This document shows positions 28,561 through 39,121 of a stretch of DNA of 64,000 nucleotides, in pieces. Source of the stretch: a virus. The notes below the pieces were generated by a model that did no database searches, had not been told where the DNA came from, and saw only the letters and a program-made list of their open reading frames with translations. A program made the translations under genes and the position numbers. How positions within the stretch are numbered: position 1 is the stretch's first letter; each line of letters starts with the position of its first letter. Location of the stretch: the IMG/VR virus record IMGVR_UViG_3300023276_001086, positions 103,833 to 167,832 of that record; one strand, 5' to 3'.

Positions 28561-30537
28561 TTAGTACGATCCAGGCATCGGAGCCCCACCACCGTAGCGG
28601 TAGGGAGCTCCCGACTGCTGGAGGGCCATGCCTCCGCCAACAGCGAGACCGGCCGCGCCGAGTCCGAGACCACCGGCTATGGCGTGCGGGGCGTACTTTA
28701 TTGGACCAGGAATGCGGCCGGCCAGACCCCTGACCCTACCCAGCATCCCTGGAGCCGCTTCTGTAGCCGCTGCGGGCGCTGCCGCTGCGGGCGCTGCCGC
28801 TGCGGGCGCTGCCGCTGACAGGCCCATACCGGCCCGATCTCCCTCGCGCATGCTTTCCAGCAGCTTATTTCGCTGCTGCATGGCCGAAAGCCGATCATCT
28901 ATTGACGCTGCTGGTGATGCAGCAGCTTGTGGGGTCTGTGCGGCTGGTGCTGTTGCAGGTGCGGGCTGCATCACTGGGTTCGCCCGAGCTTCCGCGGACA
29001 CCATCGCCGGTCGTTGCTGTTGAACAGCCCGAGATGGCGCCATCGGAGGCTGCGTGAGTTGACCTGGACCACGACCGCCAGATGCTAATGGCGGCGGACC
29101 GGCTGCTGCTTGTTGTGCGACAGATGGTGCGGCCCTTGGCGGTCCAGCAGCGAGTTGACCTGGACCCTGACCACCAGACGGTAATGCAGGTGGACCCTTG
29201 ACCGGTAGTGTCGGTGTCATCGAAGCTGCCGGCGCGGGAGACGCCTGCATCAACGTCGGTGGCGGTGGGCCGGCTTGAGCAGGAGCGACGCGAGGTGGGC
29301 CGGCTTGAGCAGGAGCGACGCGAGGTGGACCGGCTTGAGCAGGAACAACGCGCGGCGGGCTAGTTAGGGCATTTGGGGATGCAGGAGCTGCTGGTGCACC
29401 ACCAGCGTTCTTCAGACTACTCTGGGCCATTCGAACGCGCTGTTCTGCTATTTGAACAACTTTGGGCTTTGACCCGTGCTCCTTCAATAGGTTGACCAAG
29501 TCTTTTCGCTTGCCGACCTCGTTAGATAGGGTGCGGGACCCCATCCCCTCGAGCTCCTTGGCGTACCCTTCCAGGCGTTTACCGGCTGGGGTCACTCCCC
29601 TTGGCGTTTCCGCCTTGGGCGGAGTTGGCTTTGGCGCTTTCACACCGCCCAATGGTGAGTTTGCGGCACTGACACTTCTAGGAGTCCCTGCACCGGTAGG
29701 CATACCTGTGCTAGCGGGATTTGGGGTATTCACCCTACCGAGTGTTGGGGTGCGCCCCTTGTGCCCAGTACCGAAGGACGCACTACTGTCCATACCGTAC
29801 AGACTCTTAGCTTGTGCTGCGGCGTCATCAGCCGGCATTCCGCCCGAACGGAGCGCGTCGATGAGTTTCTGCTGCTCGGCGCCTACTGGGGGAGCAGCCG
29901 TCGGTGGGGGAGCAGACACGGGTGTAGGCGCCGCGCTGCCCGCAGAGACTACGGGACGTTGAGCAACACCGGCGGTAGGACTGGGCATCCCCCGAGGAGC
30001 GCCTTCAGCAACTGTAAGAGCCCTTGGCGGCTGAGTCATGCCCTGCGGGGCACCGGATACTTGGGTATTTGCCCTCATTCTTGGTGCAGGGGCGGCGGGA
30101 GGTGTGTAGGGCATGCCTTGCGGGGCACCGGATACCTGAGTCTTCGCCCTTACTCTCGGCGCGGGAGTAGGCATCCGCGGTGGGCCAGATACTTGAGTCT
30201 TCGCCGTCAGCCTGGGCTGAACAGGTGGGGCGGCCTTCGCCACACCCTTGACCCCCTTGGCCAACGTAGTCGCGCCCTTGGCCACATCAGCCGCGGTATC
30301 GACCGCCTTGACCCCGCCTTTCGCCACATTTATCGCCGTGGCAAGGACGGCCGTCTTTGTCAGAGACCGCACGGCACCCAGCTTGGAGATACCGCCTCTC
30401 GGCAGCATTATCCGCCGAGCAGCGATCTTCCCCATTTGCTGGGCGCCTTCAGCTCTCAACGCTAACGAGGCGAGCTTCTGGAAGTGCTGCTGGCTCTCTT
30501 CGAGCAGCCAGTCAGCCCTCGTCACGGGCCGTGCCAT
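28561..30537 (-). CDS. low-complexity Pro/Ala/Gly-rich putative virion protein with N-terminal K-x-A sites and a C-terminal Gly-rich hydrophobic segment
   Basis: QKLAS, GKIAA, TKTAV; internal repeats TQVSG x3, PPRVxPAQAG x3, AAAPA x3; AIAGGLGLGAAGLAVGGGMAL. Confidence 0.75.
   Translation of the reverse strand: MARPVTRADWLLEESQQHFQKLASLALRAEGAQQMGKIAARRIMLPRGGISKLGAVRSLTKTAVLATAINVAKGGVKAVDTAADVAKGATTLAKGVKGVAKAAPPVQPRLTAKTQVSGPPRMPTPAPRVRAKTQVSGAPQGMPYTPPAAPAPRMRANTQVSGAPQGMTQPPRALTVAEGAPRGMPSPTAGVAQRPVVSAGSAAPTPVSAPPPTAAPPVGAEQQKLIDALRSGGMPADDAAAQAKSLYGMDSSASFGTGHKGRTPTLGRVNTPNPASTGMPTGAGTPRSVSAANSPLGGVKAPKPTPPKAETPRGVTPAGKRLEGYAKELEGMGSRTLSNEVGKRKDLVNLLKEHGSKPKVVQIAEQRVRMAQSSLKNAGGAPAAPASPNALTSPPRVVPAQAGPPRVAPAQAGPPRVAPAQAGPPPPTLMQASPAPAASMTPTLPVKGPPALPSGGQGPGQLAAGPPRAAPSVAQQAAAGPPPLASGGRGPGQLTQPPMAPSRAVQQQRPAMVSAEARANPVMQPAPATAPAAQTPQAAASPAASIDDRLSAMQQRNKLLESMREGDRAGMGLSAAAPAAAAPAAAAPAAATEAAPGMLGRVRGLAGRIPGPIKYAPHAIAGGLGLGAAGLAVGGGMALQQSGAPYRYGGGAPMPGSY
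29261..29357. repeat. 30-bp tandem repeat x3 (PPRV(A/V)PAQAG)
   Basis: CCGGCTTGAGCAGGAGCGACGCGAGGTGG recurs with a 30-nt period. Confidence 0.85.
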
Positions 30538-30545
30538 CAGGCCTC

Positions 30546-31274
30546 CTACGCAGCTTCGGCGATGCCACTCACGGCGCTGACGAGACCGCTGACTAGAGCG
30601 ATGCCGCCAACGTTGACTGGGACAACTCGCTCGAACTGGAGACCACAGGACTCCTGAACGATGGTGCCCTGCGCATCCGTGTTGAATGAATGATTCGGGA
30701 TGACACAGGCCTCGAGGTACACAGCACCCATGGTGTCGAGGTTCGAGTTGCGCATGTACACCATCATCCCGATCGGCTGGTTGAACAAATCCGACGCGAG
30801 GTTGATGTACAGGTTCTCGTACCCTGGCGGGATGATCACGTCATGCGGGTTGGCCATGTTGGCCGCACCTTGGTTCGGGAACACCCAAGGTACCTGAACA
30901 TCGCCGACCACATCCTGGTAGTAGGCGTAGAGCACGCGCAGGAGACTCGCCCCGTCGTAGTAGACTCTCGACAGAGAGATCGTGCCTGTGGACCGACCGC
31001 CAATCCAGTAGCTCCGCTCAGAGCCGAGCTCCCAAACACGCATGAACTGCTTGTTTTGTTGGAGATTGACATTCTGGGTGATACCCAAGGGGTACACGAT
31101 GTCCGACTCGCCGGATGAGCTCGCTGCCGACGCACCAACACTAGCAGCAAGTTGGCTGAGCCGTGGAGGCCCCGCCGCCAGCATCGTCAACCCACCCGCC
31201 ATGAACCGTCCGTCCACGAGACCTTTTTGGACGTAATGCTGCATGGGGTTCCAGCCTTCGAAAGGTCCTGCCAT
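30546..31274 (-). CDS. putative tail tube protein
   Basis: Downstream of the sheath; beta-rich; QNKQFMRVWELGSERSYWIGGRSTGTISLSR and YLEACVI..HSF..DAQGTIVQESCGLQFER tube-like pattern. Confidence 0.7.
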   Translation of the reverse strand: MAGPFEGWNPMQHYVQKGLVDGRFMAGGLTMLAAGPPRLSQLAASVGASAASSSGESDIVYPLGITQNVNLQQNKQFMRVWELGSERSYWIGGRSTGTISLSRVYYDGASLLRVLYAYYQDVVGDVQVPWVFPNQGAANMANPHDVIIPPGYENLYINLASDLFNQPIGMMVYMRNSNLDTMGAVYLEACVIPNHSFNTDAQGTIVQESCGLQFERVVPVNVGGIALVSGLVSAVSGIAEAA

Positions 31275-31303
31275 CTTACGGCCTCCTACCTTGTTGTATC
31301 ATA

Positions 31304-31912
31304 TCACGTGACTCTTCTGAATTTGGACTTGAGCCTGACTTGCCCAAGACCGGTTCGAGCCTTTCGATCCAGTGGCGCCAACAACACCCCACCCCTGCTC
31401 TGTAACGTATTCAAGTCTCTTTTGCTCATTGCTTCGCCGTAAGACGTGGTGATGAGCTTGCGCAGAGACTTGTCCCTACCAACCGGCGGCACATAAAGTG
31501 AACCGCCAGGGATAGGTTGTTTGATGGCAAAGATCGGGGTACCGGGTGCGTTAGTCTGCACAATCTTCTTGGCCATCCGGGTGTTCACCCTTGTGCCCAT
31601 CATCGAACTGAAGGAGTCCCACAACTTACCCGCCGCCGGTTTGGTGGCCAGTTGTAGACCAAGTTGAACGAGCGGGTGGATACCCGCCTTGGAGGCCCCG
31701 AGAGTAGCAACACCGGCCAAACGGGAGCCTACAAGGCGTTTGCGGTTATCCGTAGCAAGCCGAACAGCTGTCTGCTTCCAGTCGTTCTTTGACATTTGCT
31801 TGTTCGCGTTAGCGTTGAGCGGGATGCCGACCCCCGAATAGAGCATCCCACCTGCTTGCCGTCTGGCAGCAATTTTCTGAAGCTCATCGGAGAATGCGGC
31901 AAGGTCGATCAA
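31304..31912 (-). CDS. leader-bearing (MIDLAAFSDELQKIA) basic cargo protein
   Basis: Leader shared with 35955..36854 and 36851..37423; inserted between sheath and tube. Confidence 0.75.
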   Translation of the reverse strand: MIDLAAFSDELQKIAARRQAGGMLYSGVGIPLNANANKQMSKNDWKQTAVRLATDNRKRLVGSRLAGVATLGASKAGIHPLVQLGLQLATKPAAGKLWDSFSSMMGTRVNTRMAKKIVQTNAPGTPIFAIKQPIPGGSLYVPPVGRDKSLRKLITTSYGEAMSKRDLNTLQSRGGVLLAPLDRKARTGLGQVRLKSKFRRVT

Positions 31913-31921
31913 GGAGCCCCC

Positions 31922-34900
31922 CTACACCAGGAGGGTGATTTGGATGTAGTTGGCCGGATAAAGCACCGTGATCGAAACATCCGCCAGTACCGTATCCGGC
32001 TGATCCTCGTCCTGGAGCAGGTTGCTCATCTGAGCTCCAGCAACTACCTGACCCTCTTCGACCAGCCAACGACTGAGCCCCTCAACAACCGTGGACAAGG
32101 TGTCCAAGAAACTCTGGGAGATGTTGTAAGAGCCGATGTACTGACGCAGGCTCGTTCGATAGAACTTCGCGCAATAGTCAACGGCTTTGACGATCGACTG
32201 CTCTCGTTCCGCAATAGTACTCATCTTGGTGGTGACCTGCATGCGCGACGTCAGGGCTGCCCCGTCCGTCTCCTGCACGATGAGATCAGCGCCGCCGGCC
32301 GCCATCTGGTTGAGCTGCGAAGAACCGTACCGATCATTGGTACCGGTGACGGCCGTGAAGACCGCAATGGGCCTGTTGGTCATCGGCAGCGCTGGGTTGA
32401 GCCCGGCTACCTGGCCAGCTTTGGCGGCTCCCATGAAGAAACCAGGGATGGCCTGGGTGATACCACCGATTGTGGCGTACAGCTGGTCGAGCTGCATCAT
32501 CCACATCCTCCGGTCAGCGAAACTCTGACCGCGACCGTAGACGGTCTCAACCTCTTCGGTTGTGGTGGTAATCGCCGCACCACGTACGCTCACCGAGAAG
32601 CTGTCGGAGACTACCGTCGGGAAAGTAGCAAGTTCTTCATAGAAAGCATCATCGTTCTGCCCAGGCGAGAATACCTTGTTGATGGTGACCTTCGTACCAT
32701 CGACCAGGGGCCCGACGATGTTCCAGACGTAGGAGTCATCGCTGATGTCGAGGAACACCCCGTCATCGGCATCGAAGGTGGCGGGATCAAGCCCAGCCGC
32801 CAGAAGCTGCGCGGACAGCGTGGGGATCTTGGTGTCGAACTCTGAGCCCGCAACAGACGTGTCCCCATCATTGCCCGACACCATGATGGTGTCCATCTTC
32901 CTTGTCGGCGTGCCGAGGTGGAAGATACCGATACGCTCGGCCTTCTGGTTGGGCGAGCTCATCGTGTTGACGTGCGTTTGGAGGATGGTGGCTACATCAA
33001 GGTCCGATGTCATCGTGGCGCAGGCGTAGACCTCTTTGGCCTTCAGGTAATCGAGGGCCGACTGGAAGGCCACCAACGTCCCATAGGGCTTGTCGGCGGT
33101 GATTGCGTGAACACCAAGACCAAAGACTCGAATACCAGGAGCGTTCGACATAGCGACGAACAATCCGTAAGACAAGGGGTTGTCCTGCGTGATTGGGCCG
33201 AGAGCGCTCTCGAGGTCATCAACGTTGTCGAAGGACAAGAGCGCTTGGTCTGTCGCCTGCGAAGTCACGTCGAGACGAAGCGCGTTGTACATCAGGTAGA
33301 TTGAGACTGCGGCCGTACCAACCGGTGCCCCGACAGTGTCGCGCAAGAAGTCTTGCTTGATGTGAACGTCACCGTTGGTGTCGATGATGAGATCGGGTGT
33401 CGGCACCGTATTGCCGTACTGGGCCGACGGTACCGTCTCGAGGTTCTTGGCGACGATGTACCACGCCGTCTTGCGCAGAGTCAGAAGCTGCTCGGTATCG
33501 ACCTTGACCCGTCCGGTGGTTCCGCCAGAATGCACCTCGGTGATCATGCCGAGATAGGTGCCGTCTCCGTAGATGTAATCACCCACTCGAGCGAGGAAGG
33601 GGGCACCGAAGTAGGTGCCAGCCGTGAGGTCGAGCAGGGCGGTACCCAGCGCCGTCGACAGTGCGTCGATTTCGATCTTCGACTCCGCACCAGACGTGCC
33701 CGCTTCGAGATAGAGGTCAGTACTCACCAGAGTGGCAAAGGGACTCGGGTCGGTGATGAGCGCATTGATCTGGTCCCATACGGCATCCCGGGGACCGAGA
33801 GCGGCAGGCTGGTGTACCTGATTGTAGGGCATGCTGGCGTCGGTGAAGACTTCGTTGTTGTCCGTCCCACCGGTAGCCGTAACCACAATCTTGTTGTCGG
33901 CAGTCGCTGCCGCGGCTGCGGCCGGGTCACCACCGTACACCAAACCGATGTAGTGGAGGGCCGAAGTCCACGGATTCCCGTTGACGTCCGAATCGAACGC
34001 GATATCAATCCCGAACGCTGCCTGCGATGCCACGTTCACCGAAGCGAGGACAGCCGCGAAGTCAGTACCGGCTAGGACGAGTACTGCGCTGACACCGTTG
34101 ACCTCCACTGTGAGCTCGGAGGCGTGCGCGGCGGCATAGTTGAAGGTTGCCCCATCGTTGCTGACGACTGGATCACCAACGAAGGTGACGGTCTGCTTGC
34201 CACCGCCGTTGAGCTGAAGGATGAGCGTCTTGCCGTGGATATCGAGAGTATCCGTAGTCGAGAAATCAACGTTACCGTTGCTGGTGACGTTTGCGGGTCC
34301 AGGGGACGCGAGCAAATCGGCCGCCCCACCGGCCGCGTTCAGCAGATCGATGTATGGCGTGGTTTGATCCCCATCCCCATCGTCGAGCGGAGTGACGCCG
34401 TAAGTCGACGGACCGGAGTAGTAGCTGTCCCGGCGCAGGAACGACTCGGAGTCGAGAATCTCTCGAGTCTCAGTGCCGAGGTCGAGGAACGCCCGGATGG
34501 TCGTCTCTTGGATGTCGAGCTCCGTGAGGTTGCCTCTCGGATCCGGGAAAGCCGACTGCTGGAGGTAGACCCCGTCTTGGATGTAGGAACCCAGACCGTA
34601 GTAGGTCCAGCCGGGGGTCCAGCCGGGGCCAACAACCGGGTTGGCGAGCAGGGTGCCGCCAGTGATCTGGATGCTCTGAAGTGCTCCGGACCCCGTTGTG
34701 CGTAGCTCGAGGTAGTTGACCGACCCATCGTTGTACACGTAGGCCGCGAAGCCCGACGGTGCAGGAGTGGCTCCGTTGATGGCGATAGCAAGCTGCGCCG
34801 CTGTCAACGTCACTATTGTAGTCGGCATCGTGAACGTCTGTTCGACGCCCCCACCGACCCGCAACGTGAGAGTCGTAGCCGACACGCCAGACGTGTAGCT

Positions 34901-35110
34901 AGACTCGTCATTCGGTGCGGTGACCACAACAGGCCCACTCACAAGGATGTCACTGTTGAGAGTGCCATCGTCGTCCTCGAGCTCATGGATCTCGTAGCAA
35001 GCACCGATGACGCAAGGGACCAGCGAAGGGACAACCACGACCGGAGCCGCAGCGGAATATTCCTGGATGACCTTGACCCCGGGCTGCGGAAGTTCAGGGA
35101 TTGCGCTCAT
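31922..35110 (-). CDS. contractile tail sheath protein with insertion domains
   Basis: N-term PQPGVKVIQE; C-term HVNTMS....ERIG, QLNQMAAGG, EQSIVKAVDY, V.YPANYIQITL are sheath signatures. Confidence 0.88.
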   Translation of the reverse strand: MSAIPELPQPGVKVIQEYSAAAPVVVVPSLVPCVIGACYEIHELEDDDGTLNSDILVSGPVVVTAPNDESSYTSGVSATTLTLRVGGGVEQTFTMPTTIVTLTAAQLAIAINGATPAPSGFAAYVYNDGSVNYLELRTTGSGALQSIQITGGTLLANPVVGPGWTPGWTYYGLGSYIQDGVYLQQSAFPDPRGNLTELDIQETTIRAFLDLGTETREILDSESFLRRDSYYSGPSTYGVTPLDDGDGDQTTPYIDLLNAAGGAADLLASPGPANVTSNGNVDFSTTDTLDIHGKTLILQLNGGGKQTVTFVGDPVVSNDGATFNYAAAHASELTVEVNGVSAVLVLAGTDFAAVLASVNVASQAAFGIDIAFDSDVNGNPWTSALHYIGLVYGGDPAAAAAATADNKIVVTATGGTDNNEVFTDASMPYNQVHQPAALGPRDAVWDQINALITDPSPFATLVSTDLYLEAGTSGAESKIEIDALSTALGTALLDLTAGTYFGAPFLARVGDYIYGDGTYLGMITEVHSGGTTGRVKVDTEQLLTLRKTAWYIVAKNLETVPSAQYGNTVPTPDLIIDTNGDVHIKQDFLRDTVGAPVGTAAVSIYLMYNALRLDVTSQATDQALLSFDNVDDLESALGPITQDNPLSYGLFVAMSNAPGIRVFGLGVHAITADKPYGTLVAFQSALDYLKAKEVYACATMTSDLDVATILQTHVNTMSSPNQKAERIGIFHLGTPTRKMDTIMVSGNDGDTSVAGSEFDTKIPTLSAQLLAAGLDPATFDADDGVFLDISDDSYVWNIVGPLVDGTKVTINKVFSPGQNDDAFYEELATFPTVVSDSFSVSVRGAAITTTTEEVETVYGRGQSFADRRMWMMQLDQLYATIGGITQAIPGFFMGAAKAGQVAGLNPALPMTNRPIAVFTAVTGTNDRYGSSQLNQMAAGGADLIVQETDGAALTSRMQVTTKMSTIAEREQSIVKAVDYCAKFYRTSLRQYIGSYNISQSFLDTLSTVVEGLSRWLVEEGQVVAGAQMSNLLQDEDQPDTVLADVSITVLYPANYIQITLLV

Positions 35111-35125
35111 TGTTCATACCCCTCG

Positions 35126-35962
35126 TCAGGTTTTCACGATGACTTCGGCCGGATCGCCCTTTTGGCTACTGAGGACCTCGGTCACTTGGGCCGGACGTCC
35201 TCTAATAGAAGGCGGCCGGACATTGCCCTTTATGTTTTGAAATTCTACAGGATTGCCATCTACTTGCGAAACCCCAGTTCCCCAACCTTCTGACATTCTT
35301 ATGTTCGTCGGTTTGTACGCGTCGCCAACAGCTGCTGTAAGACGAGTCTCAACGGCTTGAAGTACCGGGACGTCTTCTTCGAGCACCTTTGCGCCCCAAC
35401 TGAACTGGAACGGGGTGACTGCGGGAACATTGATCGTTTCCTCTTTCGCAGCACCCTGTACAAGCGATCCCGGTGGAGAAGGGGCGAACACCTGACACCG
35501 TTGACCGATGTCGTGGAACCCGAGCTTGAGTAGTACCCGCCGGAGCAGCCACACATGAGAAGCCACCAACCAGGCGATATCTTCAGCCTCAGACGGTACG
35601 CGTGCGAGGCAGTTGAATGTGAGGTTGCCCGACATCATATCGACGTGTGTACGCTCGCCAGTCCTGACATCCTCGTGGAGAAGCTGATCCATACCCAACC
35701 CACTCCAACCAACGGCTGAGCGGACAAGGGCGATCACAGGTCGCTTCATCACCACGGCCTCTTCGACAGGCACATCCCGGGTAATGATGATCTCGGTCTT
35801 CTCCTCGTCGTCTTCCCAGTGCCAGTATCCTTCGGGTGCGGCCTTGAAGAGCTCACGCAAAAACAGCAGAGTCAACCGCTGAAGATGGCGGAGCGGGCTG
35901 GTAGACCAGCTACTCAAGGCGCCAGGGCTCAGTGGCGCTGAGGGAATGACTTCGTCAGACAT
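35126..35962 (-). CDS. putative tail completion/terminator protein
   Basis: Immediately upstream of the sheath; RPVIALVRS, LTFNCLAR..EAEDIA pattern. Confidence 0.55.
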   Translation of the reverse strand: MSDEVIPSAPLSPGALSSWSTSPLRHLQRLTLLFLRELFKAAPEGYWHWEDDEEKTEIIITRDVPVEEAVVMKRPVIALVRSAVGWSGLGMDQLLHEDVRTGERTHVDMMSGNLTFNCLARVPSEAEDIAWLVASHVWLLRRVLLKLGFHDIGQRCQVFAPSPPGSLVQGAAKEETINVPAVTPFQFSWGAKVLEEDVPVLQAVETRLTAAVGDAYKPTNIRMSEGWGTGVSQVDGNPVEFQNIKGNVRPPSIRGRPAQVTEVLSSQKGDPAEVIVKT

Positions 35963-36854
35963 CCCGTTGACCCTTCGTTACCCCACGCTGGTACGCATCC
36001 TCAAGGCTGCGCTTCTTCTCTTTGTCGAGCTGCCTCTTGTAACCGATCACCGACGCCCCACCGACCATGGGCAACGCGATCGATGCTATTTGGCGGACTT
36101 TGCTACCGGGAGAACCGCGGAACTTCTTCAGACCGTGGCGTACCACTTCGGAGGCGCCGTAGCCGATACCTGTCCCACCAGCGACCAGGGCAGTGTTGCC
36201 GAGGAACTGCTTGATCTTCTCCTTGTTCATCCGCCGGTTCTTATCCTCGGAGGTCTTTGGGAACCCCCGCACCATAGGATCATTCTCGTTAGCTTCCACA
36301 TACTCCTTGGCTGCGGCACGAGCTAATTCATGATGCTTACCCTTAGCAACGGCCCCACCAACCGCCCGGCCACCTGTGTACCCCAGAGCCGCACCAACCG
36401 CACTTGAGAGTAACTTACCAGTTTGCCCCATACCGCCACGGCGCGCTAAAGTATAGCCCAATCCTGCGCCACTCGAGACCCCAGTGATCCCACCAGCAAA
36501 CCGTGCGTGATCCACCCCAGCATCCTGGGCTGCGTTCTTTTGGAGCCTCTTCTTGCGGTATTGCACTGCCGCCGCCATCACTCCCCCGCTTACAAGCGCA
36601 GCTCCTACCGCGGGAGCGACATACCCAGGTGCCCGCAAGTACCGAAGCGTGACACTCTTCTCGCCGGCCTTCACGGCTCGATTTATCTTTCGGCTGTGCC
36701 TGATCGCCTCACCAATACGCATTCCAGTAGGCGCTGCGGCGCCAGAACCGACAGCGGCACCACCAATGACGGCGGCTTTCTCTCCCGTTGAGAGATCCCG
36801 CCCTTTCTCAGCGATCTTGACGAGCTCGTCACTGAATGCGCTGAAGTCGATCAT
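35955..36854 (-). CDS. leader-bearing (MIDFSAFSDELVKIA) multi-glycine-zipper protein
   Basis: Leader, several GxxxG hydrophobic segments, internal QKNA|A site. Confidence 0.8.
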   Translation of the reverse strand: MIDFSAFSDELVKIAEKGRDLSTGEKAAVIGGAAVGSGAAAPTGMRIGEAIRHSRKINRAVKAGEKSVTLRYLRAPGYVAPAVGAALVSGGVMAAAVQYRKKRLQKNAAQDAGVDHARFAGGITGVSSGAGLGYTLARRGGMGQTGKLLSSAVGAALGYTGGRAVGGAVAKGKHHELARAAAKEYVEANENDPMVRGFPKTSEDKNRRMNKEKIKQFLGNTALVAGGTGIGYGASEVVRHGLKKFRGSPGSKVRQIASIALPMVGGASVIGYKRQLDKEKKRSLEDAYQRGVTKGQRDV

Positions 36855-37423
36855 AGATCCCTCAAAAATGCCGGAGTCTCTTCAGGTTTCATGTCCCTAC
36901 CGTAGTTGGCCCTGTAGTAGCGGTTTTCTCGTTCCCACAATGCGTCTCGTACAGGTTTCAGTTCCGCATCTAGCTTCTTGGCGCTCTCAGTCTTCTTTAC
37001 AGCCTTCTCCTTTGCGGCGTCGGCTGTCTCCTTAGCGATGTTGGCCTTTCTCCGCTTGGCGGATTCTTCCATCCGTATCGCTACGTCTTCTTGGTCCGCT
37101 GCTCGCCGCGCTTGGTGCGCCTGATTTGCCTTTGTGCGAGACGCTGCGTCACGAGCCGCCCAGTGACTTCTATCTTTTGCGATACGCGCAGCCCGCGCAC
37201 CACGCTCTTTGAGAACTTGCCCGCCTAAAGCACCACCACCAGCACCAAGAGCCGCACCCCCCAGGCCCCCTATGAGGGCACGTTTCTTCCTACCCTCTTC
37301 GGGACCTGTGAGCCCTCCGATCGCAGCACCCAAACCAGCACCTCCGACACCACCAATGAGCGCCCCTCGGCCGGCGTAAGCAATCTTCTGCATCTCGTCG
37401 GTAAATGCGGAGAAGTCGATCAT
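36851..37423 (-). CDS. leader-bearing (MIDFSAFTDEMQKIA) glycine-zipper 2TM protein
   Basis: GALIGGVGGAGLGAAIGG ... ALIGGLGGAALGAGGGALGG directly after KIA. Confidence 0.8.
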   Translation of the reverse strand: MIDFSAFTDEMQKIAYAGRGALIGGVGGAGLGAAIGGLTGPEEGRKKRALIGGLGGAALGAGGGALGGQVLKERGARAARIAKDRSHWAARDAASRTKANQAHQARRAADQEDVAIRMEESAKRRKANIAKETADAAKEKAVKKTESAKKLDAELKPVRDALWERENRYYRANYGRDMKPEETPAFLRDL

Positions 37424-38304
37424 TGGTCGTACCCGTGTCCTTTGTTACTGAGATCCCACCACTCAGCACCATCTGTCGCCTCGAGGTGGTGAGGGTTCGT
37501 GAACTCCCTATTCGGACTCGTCTCGAGCTCCTCGAGGTCCGCAATGTTGATCGGGAGTCTGAACTCTATATCCGACTCGGGGATTCGATGAATCTGAACC
37601 TCTTGGTGCAAGATCGATCGAAGTCTCCTCGTCGCACTGACCGTGGTCACCGACCATCTGATATTTTCCGCCTCAACCAGTATGTCTCTCGGCTTCAGCG
37701 GCGGAAAATAGGGCAACCTCGCCGTAGCGTTCTGCTGTTGGCTCTCGTTGGTTGCGTGTTGCTGCGTAACGGCCGGGGCCGGGTCAATCTGGATAGGTGC
37801 GGCAATGGGGTCGAGGTAACCCCGAACATAAGTGGTGTCGTAACAGGTCAAACAGTTCGAGCGTATCCTCGCACGGCTGACCGGGTCGTAACAATCGGGG
37901 CAGCGCTGTCCGAAGGTCCGGACTGGGAAGACCCAGCAGACCCGACCAATGTGCTCACGGAAGACCAGCGTCTCGAGACGCCGAACTTCTTCAGCTACCA
38001 AGTCGGGCCGAGCTTCACGCCTGGCCGGCTCGGAGTAGACGATGTTGCTGTCTGACTTCCGAGTGACACGGATGCGGTACCAGTACTGCCTTGTGCGGTG
38101 AAAGAGGTTGGTGAGGACGTCACGGAAGAGGTACTTGTCCGAGAATGGATCACTCACCTGGTCGAATGGCCCCATGGCGGACTCGCTCCGCTCCACGATG
38201 AACGTGTAGTCGTGCGGGCTGTCGTAGGTATCCCCGATCTCCCAGAAGATATCCAGGTGATCCACATCGAGGGACTTCACAGAAACGTTCTTGACTTGAA
38301 GCAC
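37420..38304 (-). CDS. putative head-closure/neck protein (FN3-like N-terminus, CxxC..CxxC)
   Basis: YWYRIRV FN3-like strand; CPDCYD..NCLTCY; PPLKPRDILVE....W.V barrel motif; position between head and tail genes. Confidence 0.55.
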   Translation of the reverse strand: MLQVKNVSVKSLDVDHLDIFWEIGDTYDSPHDYTFIVERSESAMGPFDQVSDPFSDKYLFRDVLTNLFHRTRQYWYRIRVTRKSDSNIVYSEPARREARPDLVAEEVRRLETLVFREHIGRVCWVFPVRTFGQRCPDCYDPVSRARIRSNCLTCYDTTYVRGYLDPIAAPIQIDPAPAVTQQHATNESQQQNATARLPYFPPLKPRDILVEAENIRWSVTTVSATRRLRSILHQEVQIHRIPESDIEFRLPINIADLEELETSPNREFTNPHHLEATDGAEWWDLSNKGHGYDQ

Positions 38305-38308
38305 TGAG

Positions 38309-39112
38309 CTACTTCCTATGCTTCTCCACGAAGTTGTTCATCGCGGCCTCGTATCGGTTCTTGGAAATGCTCCCCGCCATGTACTTGTCGTGCATTGCGT
38401 TGACACGATCTGCCGCCCTACGTGTTCCCGCAGGCACCTTACGCGCCTTGTTCTCGGCGAAAGCCCCTAGACCCGCACGACCCGCGAGCAACCCACCGGC
38501 ACCGCCAACCGCACCACCGATGAGGGCACCTTTCCTTCCTCGAATAGCTCCCCCAGCAGCCGCACCAAGTAACCCACCTGCTCCGGCACCTAGCGTGCCC
38601 CCGAGACGCCTAGCCTCCCGTCCAACATTTGCAACGTACTGATCCTGACTCTCAGCAATCTTGATGGGACGCCACCCATCGAGTGTACGAAGCTGCCCCT
38701 CGGAGCCCAACTTGGCGATGGTATCCGCAAAACCGCCACTGAAATCCTGAACAGGCGGATCAACTTCTTCGAGAGCCGCGGTCTTCATCCGCATCGCAGA
38801 GTTGGGGTCGCCCATCTTGGGGGACCGCATGGAGCTGATGATAGGTGAGGAGTCTCGGTCGACTGAATATCGGAGACTCGGGTGCTTCTCCTCCACCAAT
38901 CTGGTGATCTTCCCTCGGCCGGCACGTCGACTTTCAACAATCCGAAGCCCCGCCTCGAGAGACTTGGCATCCGTGCCACCCGGCTGGTTGTCGCAACCCA
39001 GCGGATTCACCTTGTTGATTACGTTAGCGCCGTCGAGTTCGGCAGCGAGCTTCTCGAATTGATCAGAAGCGGTCGCACCACGCTGGGCATACTCTTGCTC
39101 AAAGATATCCAT
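38309..39112 (-). CDS. K-x-A-site protein with a C-terminal glycine-zipper
   Basis: EKLAA, MKTAA, AKLGS, IKIA then LGGTLGAGAGGLLGAAAGG..GALIGGAVGGAGGLLAG. Confidence 0.75.
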   Translation of the reverse strand: MDIFEQEYAQRGATASDQFEKLAAELDGANVINKVNPLGCDNQPGGTDAKSLEAGLRIVESRRAGRGKITRLVEEKHPSLRYSVDRDSSPIISSMRSPKMGDPNSAMRMKTAALEEVDPPVQDFSGGFADTIAKLGSEGQLRTLDGWRPIKIAESQDQYVANVGREARRLGGTLGAGAGGLLGAAAGGAIRGRKGALIGGAVGGAGGLLAGRAGLGAFAENKARKVPAGTRRAADRVNAMHDKYMAGSISKNRYEAAMNNFVEKHRK

Positions 39113-39121
39113 GACCGCCTC

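Noticed and set aside
28561-30537. Tape measure protein call
   Set aside because: The Pro-rich disordered composition does not fit a helical tape measure; no portal or tape measure gene was recognised in this window.
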